Shown: positions 57,729-64,000 of the stretch, piece after piece
How the letters are laid out: the number at the start of each line of letters is the position of its first letter
Numbering within the stretch: position 1 is the stretch's first letter
Assembly: GCA_040769165.1 (NCBI GenBank)
Contig: JAXGLP010000001.1
Coordinates: 1,091,165-1,155,164, forward strand
Length of the DNA stretch: 64,000 nucleotides
Source of the DNA: Armatimonadota bacterium
Lineage (GTDB): Bacteria; Armatimonadota; UBA5829; DSUL01
Direction: 5' to 3'
The notes under the pieces: generated by a model
The model's input: only the letters and a program-made list of their open reading frames with translations
Databases searched by the model: none
Told to the model about the DNA's origin: nothing
Translations under genes and position numbers: made by a program

Positions 57729-58748
57729 TTGATTCCGCGCGCTTACGTCTTGTTTGCGATCCTGCTGGCTCTGCCCGGAGCGGCTGTACTGGCCGCGCCA
57801 TCAGGAACTCCCGCCGCAACTCCGGTGATACAGATTGATGCCACTGCCAGCACCGTCCGGGTTGATTCGCCGCTTGCGAGCCTGGGAAGCCCGAGGTGGC
57901 GTGGCAATATGCTGAGGGTTCGCGTTCGCAGCGACGCCTTCAAGCCGGTCACTGCCAGCGTCAGGATTTCGGCGCTGAAGCCAGGCAGCTACGACCTGTA
58001 TGCCGCGGGTGCGTTTGTGGGCAGCTTCACCGCCGAAGCCCTCGCGGCTGGCGTGCCCGTCAAGTTCAGCGGCGGGCTGCTGAAGCCGGCGACGCGCAAG
58101 ACGCTGGAGGCGTACGAGTCGCGCCTGGCGGGAGTCGCGGACAACATGGCCGCTGACAAGTCCGCCTGGCCGCTCTGGGGCGAGTACGCGGCTCAATCGG
58201 ACTGGGTTGCGGGCATACTGACAGAGGACCGGGGCGAGCGCGCCGCCTCGATTTCGGTCGTTGAGAAGGACCGCCCCACCCCGCCTGGCATGTCCGCGAA
58301 TTATCTCGCGTCCGAGGATCTGGCGGGAAGGACCGTTGACCTGCTCGCCGATCTGGAGCGCGTCCGAAAGCTGGCAGCGCAGAAGAAGCTCGGCGCTGAA
58401 AAGGAGGCCCAGCATCTGGGCTGGCTCATTCCGCTTGCGGTGAAGCTGGATCAGTCGGCGGCAGTTGCGGCAGGAAAAGTGACGGTCAGCATAGAGAACT
58501 GCTTCGACCGGCCTGTCAAGGGCGCCGTCAAGATCGCCGGTGCAAGCGGGGAGCCTGCCATCTGCGACTTCTCTCTCGAGCCCGGCAAATCGAAGCTTTG
58601 CAGCTTCAGAGTATCGGGCGTTGGTGTCGGCAGGACGGTCTCAGCCGTCATCACCGGGACAACCGGGCCGTACCGCTTCCGGCAGGAGATCGCCCCTCCC
58701 GCGCCTGCCGGCCCGAAAGACGCGGCGGCGAGCAGCACTCATCAATGA
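57729..58748 (+). CDS. Secreted hypothetical protein
   Basis: GAGGAGG RBS before TTG 57729; signal peptide ending AVLA; no family confidently recognised. Confidence 0.7.
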   Translation: MIPRAYVLFAILLALPGAAVLAAPSGTPAATPVIQIDATASTVRVDSPLASLGSPRWRGNMLRVRVRSDAFKPVTASVRISALKPGSYDLYAAGAFVGSFTAEALAAGVPVKFSGGLLKPATRKTLEAYESRLAGVADNMAADKSAWPLWGEYAAQSDWVAGILTEDRGERAASISVVEKDRPTPPGMSANYLASEDLAGRTVDLLADLERVRKLAAQKKLGAEKEAQHLGWLIPLAVKLDQSAAVAAGKVTVSIENCFDRPVKGAVKIAGASGEPAICDFSLEPGKSKLCSFRVSGVGVGRTVSAVITGTTGPYRFRQEIAPPAPAGPKDAAASSTHQ

Positions 58749-58878
58749 GTTCACCGGCCACTGCGTGCACTGGTTCTCTGGAACAAATGGCTGCCGTCGG
58801 CCGTTGATACTGGATGCCGGTCCAGCCGCTGATGATTAGCGGGCGCGATAGGTTCTCGTGCGTCCGGCAGAGGGGTCT

Positions 58879-59685
58879 ATGAGAGTTCTCGTCCGGCGCC
58901 GGGTGCGGTTCTCCGCGGCGCACAGCTATGAAAACATCAGGGAGCCGGCGTGTGGCTCCAGCGTACGTCCCGGCAGAATCCACGGTCACAACTATACCGT
59001 GGATGTTGCGTACGAGGGGCCCGTGGACGCGGCGACGGGAATGGTCGTCAACATTACCGAGATTGACGCCGCTCTCAAGCGCATAGTAGGACCGCTCGAC
59101 GAGTCCTATCTGGAGAAGGACCATCCCGAGGTTGCCCGGGGCATTCCGACCACGGAGAATCTTGCGCTGTGGATCTGGGAGCAGTGTCTCAGAGCGGGTG
59201 TCAGGGCCGATTTACGGTCGGTGAGGGTGCGGGAGAGTGAGTATTTGTGTTCGGAGTATGATGGAAAGCGGGATGGAGTTGTGAGGGTTACGCGCACATA
59301 CGAGTTTGCGGCGGCACACAGGCTGCACAGCGAAGCTCTTTCGGACGACGAGAACCGCAGGGTGTTCGGGAAGTGCAACAATCCCAACTTCCACGGCCAC
59401 AACTACGGCCTCGAGGTCACGCTGAGTGGGCCGGTGGACCCCCGGACGGGCATGGTCTGCAACCTCGATGAGGTGGACAGCGTCGTCTCGCGTGCGGTGC
59501 TGGACAAACTCGACCACCGGAACCTGAGTGTTGACGTGGACGAGTTCCGGGGCGTCAACCCGACGGCAGAGAATATCGCGGCCGTAATCTGGTCGTTGCT
59601 TCGCCCGGAACTGGGCGACATCCTGGACCGGATCGGCGTGCACGAAACAGAAAGAAACTACTTTGAGTACAGTGGAGAAGGTTGA
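58879..59685 (+). CDS. Tandem-domain 6-pyruvoyl-tetrahydropterin synthase (PTPS/QueD fold)
   Basis: Two T-fold domains: FSAAH...IHGHNY...PTTENLA and FAAAHRL...[13 protein letters not shown]...PTAENIA. Confidence 0.9.
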   Translation: MRVLVRRRVRFSAAHSYENIREPACGSSVRPGRIHGHNYTVDVAYEGPVDAATGMVVNITEIDAALKRIVGPLDESYLEKDHPEVARGIPTTENLALWIWEQCLRAGVRADLRSVRVRESEYLCSEYDGKRDGVVRVTRTYEFAAAHRLHSEALSDDENRRVFGKCNNPNFHGHNYGLEVTLSGPVDPRTGMVCNLDEVDSVVSRAVLDKLDHRNLSVDVDEFRGVNPTAENIAAVIWSLLRPELGDILDRIGVHETERNYFEYSGEG

Positions 59686-60244
59686 GGCCCTGCAGGGGCC
59701 ATTCGAAGCAATAATCCGCGGCGTCGGCGAGGATCCTTCGCGCGAGGGTCTCGTCAAGACGCCGCACCGTGCTGCCACAGCGTTCAGCTTCCTGACGAGC
59801 GGCTACAGTCTCACCGTGGAAGACGTGCTCAACCAGGCCGTCTTTCAGGAAGACTACGGCAACATGGTGATCGTTAAGGACATCGAGTTCTACAGCCTGT
59901 GCGAGCATCACCTGCTGCCGTTCTTCGGGAAGGCACATGTTGCCTATATCCCGGACGGCAAGATCGTCGGACTGAGCAAGATTGCCCGGCTGGTTGATAT
60001 GTTTGCCCGCAGGCTTCAAGTGCAGGAACGGCTCACCAAACAGGTGGCCGATGCGCTGGAACAGGCGATCAATCCGGCTGGCGTCGCGGTCGTGATGGAG
60101 GCGCAGCATCTCTGCATGATGACGCGCGGTGTGCAGAAGCAGGGCTCGTTCATGGTCACCAGTTCTGTCTCGGGCGAGTTCCATGAAGACGAGAAGACAC
60201 GCATGGAGCTGTTCGAGCTGCTGCAGGTGGCACGGGGCGGCTGA
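59663..60244 (+). CDS. folE: GTP cyclohydrolase I
   Basis: [34 protein letters not shown]...[18 protein letters not shown]. Confidence 0.97.
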   Translation: MSTVEKVEALQGPFEAIIRGVGEDPSREGLVKTPHRAATAFSFLTSGYSLTVEDVLNQAVFQEDYGNMVIVKDIEFYSLCEHHLLPFFGKAHVAYIPDGKIVGLSKIARLVDMFARRLQVQERLTKQVADALEQAINPAGVAVVMEAQHLCMMTRGVQKQGSFMVTSSVSGEFHEDEKTRMELFELLQVARGG

Positions 60245-60247
60245 AGC

Positions 60248-60964
60248 GTGGTCAAGCCGGGAGAGATATCGGGACGCGTCGCGCTTGTGACTGGCGCCGG
60301 GCGAGGCATTGGGCGCGAGATTGCACTGGCTCTTGCGTCCGAAGGTGCGCGGGTGGCCGCAGTTTCACGTTCGCTGAACGATCTGGAACAGCTTGCCCTC
60401 GCTTCCGAGGGCTACGTCTTCCCCTGCGCCGCCGACGTCTCACAAGATGCTGAAGTTGATGGCGCGTTCGCCAAGGTCCGGAGCCAGCTCGGTCCGGTAA
60501 CGATTCTTGTGGCGGCGGCGGGGGTCGCGAGGTTCGGCAACACTCTGGATCTCACACACGAGGACTGGCACGAGCAGATTGCCACAAACCTGACCGGCAT
60601 GTTCCTCACAAATGCGGCGGCGCTGAAGGACATGGTCGAGAGCGGCGGGGACATTGTGAACGTGCTGTCCATGTCATCTACCATCGCCCTGCCGGGGTCA
60701 GCGGCGTACACTGCGTCCAAGTACGGGGCTCTCGGCCTCACGCGAGCGCTGAGCGCCGAGTACCGCTCGCGGGGCATCCGCATATCGGCGGTTCTGCCCG
60801 GAGCGACGGGGACATCGTTGTGGGACTACGCCGGTTCGAATCTGGACCGGAGCCGCATGATGACGCCTCAGGATGTCGCGGACGCCGTTATGTGGGCGCT
60901 TGAGCGGCCTGCGTCGGCGCATGTGGACGAGATACGCATCATGCCGCCGGACGGAGTGCTGTAG
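60248..60964 (+). CDS. SDR oxidoreductase, probable bacterial sepiapterin reductase
   Basis: TGAGRGIG, SRS (NADP-type), AGVARFG, YTASK, LPGAT.TSLW, MMTPQDVA, VDEIRIMP..G; follows PTPS-folE. Confidence 0.65.
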   Translation: MVKPGEISGRVALVTGAGRGIGREIALALASEGARVAAVSRSLNDLEQLALASEGYVFPCAADVSQDAEVDGAFAKVRSQLGPVTILVAAAGVARFGNTLDLTHEDWHEQIATNLTGMFLTNAAALKDMVESGGDIVNVLSMSSTIALPGSAAYTASKYGALGLTRALSAEYRSRGIRISAVLPGATGTSLWDYAGSNLDRSRMMTPQDVADAVMWALERPASAHVDEIRIMPPDGVL

Positions 60965-61022
60965 CCGGGTGCTTTGCGGTTTTCGACTGCTGGCATTACT
61001 ATAGCTGAAGGAGAAGATCACG

Positions 61023-62450
61023 ATGGCACCCATTTCACTGGCTGACAGCCTCACCGAGAAACTCGCAGCTATCGTGGGGCCCGAAAACGTCGCGCGGACT
61101 GCTACAGACCGTCTCGTGTACGAGGTTGACGCTTTTACGATGGCGAAGCAGCCTCCCGCCGCCGTTGTGCATCCCGGCTCCACGGAGGAAGTGCAGGAGA
61201 TCGTGCGCCTTGCGAACCGTGAAGGTATACCGTTCGTGGCGCGGGGTGCGGGCACCGGATTGTCGGGCGGGGCTCTGGTTCACGCGGGGGGCATCGTGAT
61301 ATCTCTCACGAGGATGCGCCGCATTCTCGATATTGATATCCGCAACAGACGAGCGACCGCCGAAGCCGGCGTAGTGAACCTGCGACTGACTCAGCAGGTT
61401 GTTGGCAGGCACTTCCACTATGCTCCCGACCCGTCGTCGCAGATGGCGTGTACGCTGGGCGGCAACGTCGCAGAGAACGCCGGTGGGCCGCACACGCTCA
61501 AGTACGGCGTTACCACGAACCACCTTCTGGGACTGAAGATGGTACTGGGCAACGGCGAGATCCTCGACATCCCCGGCGACACCGACGAACCCGCCGGGTA
61601 CGATCTGCTCGGCATCATCGCGGGTTCCGAAGGGACCTTCGGCATAGTTACCGAGGTGACGGTTAGGCTCACGAGGCTCCCCGAAGCAGCACAGACCGCC
61701 CTGGTTGTCTTTTCGTCTGTCGCCGATGCCACCAGGTGCGTCTCGGATATCATCGCGGCCGGAGTTGTCCCGGCAGCGCTTGAGTTGATGGACGCCACGA
61801 TAATCAAGTCCGTCGAGGGGGCCTTTCATTTCGGCTTCCCGCTCGACGCGGGGGCGGTGCTGATCATCGAGATTGATGGCGTCGCCGCCGGGCTGGACAA
61901 GGTCGGCCTGGATGTGGAGGCGATCTGCAAACGCAACAACGCGCGGGAGGTGCGCGTGGCCAGGGACGAGAACGAGCGTGAGCGGCTGTGGATGTGCAGA
62001 AAGAAGGCCGTGGGCACACTGGGTCGCATCGCACCCAGCCACTGCACTATGGACGGCGTCATTCCGCGAAGCAAGCTGCCGGATGTTCTCGAACTGATCG
62101 CTGACGTTGCCGAGCGTCACAACCTGCTCATTGCGAACCTCTTCCATGCTGGCGATGGCAGCCTGCATCCGTTGATTCTCTTCGATGAGAGGAATCCGGA
62201 GGAGGTGGAGCGCGTGCAGAAAGCTGGCGGCGAAGTCCTGAAGGCCTGCGTCGAAGTGGGGGGCACGATCACCGGTGAGCACGGCGTGGGCGTGGAAAAG
62301 CTTGAGTACATGAGGTTTGTCTTCTCAGAAAACGACATCGACACGATGGCAAGGATCAGGGATGTGTTCAATCCCGCCCGGCTCTGCAACCCGGACAAGG
62401 TGGTGCCCCCGGCGGCTGGCTTGCTCGAACAAGCCGAAGGTGTGAATTGA
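61023..62450 (+). CDS. glcD: Glycolate oxidase subunit GlcD (FAD-linked oxidase)
   Basis: RGAGTGLSGG, YAPDPSSQ.ACTLGGNVAENAGG.H.LKYGVT, GSEGT, FHAGDG.LHP, ITGEHGVG.EK. Confidence 0.9.
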   Translation: MAPISLADSLTEKLAAIVGPENVARTATDRLVYEVDAFTMAKQPPAAVVHPGSTEEVQEIVRLANREGIPFVARGAGTGLSGGALVHAGGIVISLTRMRRILDIDIRNRRATAEAGVVNLRLTQQVVGRHFHYAPDPSSQMACTLGGNVAENAGGPHTLKYGVTTNHLLGLKMVLGNGEILDIPGDTDEPAGYDLLGIIAGSEGTFGIVTEVTVRLTRLPEAAQTALVVFSSVADATRCVSDIIAAGVVPAALELMDATIIKSVEGAFHFGFPLDAGAVLIIEIDGVAAGLDKVGLDVEAICKRNNAREVRVARDENERERLWMCRKKAVGTLGRIAPSHCTMDGVIPRSKLPDVLELIADVAERHNLLIANLFHAGDGSLHPLILFDERNPEEVERVQKAGGEVLKACVEVGGTITGEHGVGVEKLEYMRFVFSENDIDTMARIRDVFNPARLCNPDKVVPPAAGLLEQAEGVN

Positions 62451-63772
62451 CCGCGGACCAGCACTTCGCCCAGCTTCAGGGCATACTCGGATCGGGCAAT
62501 GTTCTGGGGCCAGAAGCGGCAGCCGGGTTACGTGTGTCGGGCTGCACTCCCGCAGTTGCGGTGGTGCTGCCGGGGTCTGTTGAGGAAGTTCAGGCAGTCA
62601 TCCGATTCTGCGCCGAGCAGCGTCTGAGTGTGATCCCCTCCGGCGGCGGCGCGATGCTGAGCCAGGGCGGCCGCCCTGATTCGTATGACGTGGCGCTTTC
62701 CACCAGACGCCTGACCGCGGTGACAGACTATCAGCCGGAGAACCTTGTTTTCGCCTCCGAGCCCGGTGTTACGGGATCGGCCGTCGCGTCGCTTCTCGAG
62801 GAACACCGGCAACTCCTGACGCTGGATCCACCGCTGTTCGCCAGGAGCACCATGGGTGGAATCGCGGCCGCAAGGGCCTGCGGCCCTTCCAGATTTCAGT
62901 ACGGCACCCCTCGGGACCTCGTCATCGGAATCACCGTGGTGGATGCGGCTGGCGAGCTCGTGAAGGCTGGCGGCAAGGTGGTCAAGAGCGTGTCGGGCTA
63001 CGACCTGTGCAAGCTCTACACGGGCAGTATGGGCACGCTCGGCGTGATCGTCGAAGCTGTTTACCGCCTCTCGCCGCTGCCCGAGCAGTCGTGCGCCCTG
63101 GTGTTCGGCCTGGACGAGTGGGGGCAGGCTGACGATATTACGGCACGATTGCTTGACTCGGTGCTGCAGCCCCGCTGCATCGAGGTCCTTAACGCGCCCG
63201 CCGCCGTCAGGCTGGCGCACGGCGCAGGGCGCCAGTGCCCGGTGAGCCTGCTTGTCGGATTCGATGGGTCGCCCGAGCAGCTTGCTTTTCAGCGAAAGCA
63301 GGCTTCTGACATCGGGGGGCAGTGCGGAGCCCGAGAGATTGGCGAAATGGGCCTGCAGTGGAATGGCGCCGAGCATGAGCGCCTCTGCAACCTCGACGCG
63401 CGCGGAACGAAAGATAACCTGTTTGTCATCCGAAGCCTGTCGTCGGATGTCCCTGTCATCTGTGAACGGCTCGAAGCGCTGTTCGGCGAGAAGGGGGTGA
63501 GACCGTTTGTCATTGCGAGCGCCGGGAACGGCATCATCCGCGCGCTGTGTGAGGAGTGCGAGGCGGAGTTGTGCCGAAATGTGATGCGCGCCGTGCGCGA
63601 TGCGATCTCTACCTGCCGGGGCGTTACCCTGAACTGGTTCCCGCCGTCCGAAGCTTCGCATGAGGAGGTGTGGGGAGATTCCATCCCCGGGATTGATGTG
63701 ATGCGGGGGATCAAGTCAACGCTCGACCCGAACGGCGTCTTTGCTTCGGGAAGATATGCCGGAGGGATATGA
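62447..63772 (+). CDS. glcE: Glycolate oxidase FAD-binding subunit GlcE
   Basis: DYQPENL, L.LDPP, GP.R..YG..RD, GGKVVKSVSGYDLCKL..GS.GTLG, K..LDP.G.F. Confidence 0.88.
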   Translation: MTADQHFAQLQGILGSGNVLGPEAAAGLRVSGCTPAVAVVLPGSVEEVQAVIRFCAEQRLSVIPSGGGAMLSQGGRPDSYDVALSTRRLTAVTDYQPENLVFASEPGVTGSAVASLLEEHRQLLTLDPPLFARSTMGGIAAARACGPSRFQYGTPRDLVIGITVVDAAGELVKAGGKVVKSVSGYDLCKLYTGSMGTLGVIVEAVYRLSPLPEQSCALVFGLDEWGQADDITARLLDSVLQPRCIEVLNAPAAVRLAHGAGRQCPVSLLVGFDGSPEQLAFQRKQASDIGGQCGAREIGEMGLQWNGAEHERLCNLDARGTKDNLFVIRSLSSDVPVICERLEALFGEKGVRPFVIASAGNGIIRALCEECEAELCRNVMRAVRDAISTCRGVTLNWFPPSEASHEEVWGDSIPGIDVMRGIKSTLDPNGVFASGRYAGGI

Positions 63773-64000
63773 ACACACCGAACACAAAGCCAGGGAAGCC
63801 GTGCGAAGAGTCCGATTCTATTGCTCTCGCCAGGCTGACCGATCAGATCGTCGAGTGCATCCATTGCGGTCTCTGCCTCGAGTCGTGTCCCACGTACGTG
63901 GAACTCGGGCGCGAAGAGGACTCGCCCCGTGGCCGAATCTACTTTATGCGCGCCGTCGCCGAAGGCAAGGTCGAGATTGACGAGTCCGTCCGGCGCCATC
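63769..64000 (+). CDS. glcF: Glycolate oxidase Fe-S subunit GlcF, 3'-truncated (missing from the ORF track)
   Basis: GGAGG RBS, ATG 63769; my translation MNTPNTKPGKPCEESDSIALARLTDQIVECIHCGLCLESCPTYVELGREEDSPRGRIYFM..., open to the window end. Confidence 0.9.
   Translation, partial: MNTPNTKPGKPCEESDSIALARLTDQIVECIHCGLCLESCPTYVELGREEDSPRGRIYFMRAVAEGKVEIDESVRRH

Noticed and set aside
60991-61006. Sigma54-like GG-N10-GC motif (TGGCATTACTATAGCT) upstream of glcD
   Set aside because: The implied TSS would fall downstream of the AAGGAG RBS. An overlapping sigma70-like TTGCGG-17-TACTAT fits better.
63741-63980. 79-aa ORF at the right end in the ORF track
   Set aside because: Wrong frame. The frame from ATG 63769 encodes the GlcF ferredoxin motif and runs off the window.

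Overview
High-GC bacterial chromosomal segment made up mostly of housekeeping genes, with no integrase, transposase, prophage gene or CRISPR array that I could recognise. Gene content (secretin and LptD-like outer-membrane proteins, a PASTA kinase-like protein, a GuaB3-type IMPDH, a DUF1559-like H-X9-DG prepilin) suggests a diderm Terrabacteria lineage such as Armatimonadota; this is inference only. Gene order: a 5'-truncated giant secreted protein; a type IV pilus pilMNOP-like cluster, a short secretin-N-domain protein and a secretin; aroC-aroK-aroB; a PASTA kinase-like gene and rpe; ribD-ribE-ribBA-ribH; htrA; a Clp1/Grc3-family kinase with a histidine phosphatase; mscL; nuoHIJKLMN-menG-polyprenyl synthase; an oxidoreductase and M32 peptidase; SDR/MBL-fold/SDR; a prepilin-like gene; tRNA-Glu; guaB-guaA-hpt; rho; a response regulator; MATE and LptD-like genes; GH2; an Nramp/MgtE-N pair; PTPS-folE-SDR; glcDEF (3'-truncated). 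Most notable observations: (1) an unannotated ~150-nt structured RNA candidate with its own promoter and terminator at 40464-40613 (-); (2) a secretin-N-domain protein with a Gly/Tyr/Ser prion-like tail, in a pilus operon whose other subunits also carry low-complexity segments; (3) a probable tetrahydrobiopterin operon; (4) a bacterial Clp1 kinase next to a phosphatase; (5) a PASTA pseudokinase; (6) an MBL-fold protein with a degenerate metal motif; (7) a XerCD dif-like site at 46695-46722. All family assignments come from motif recognition by eye; no searches were run.
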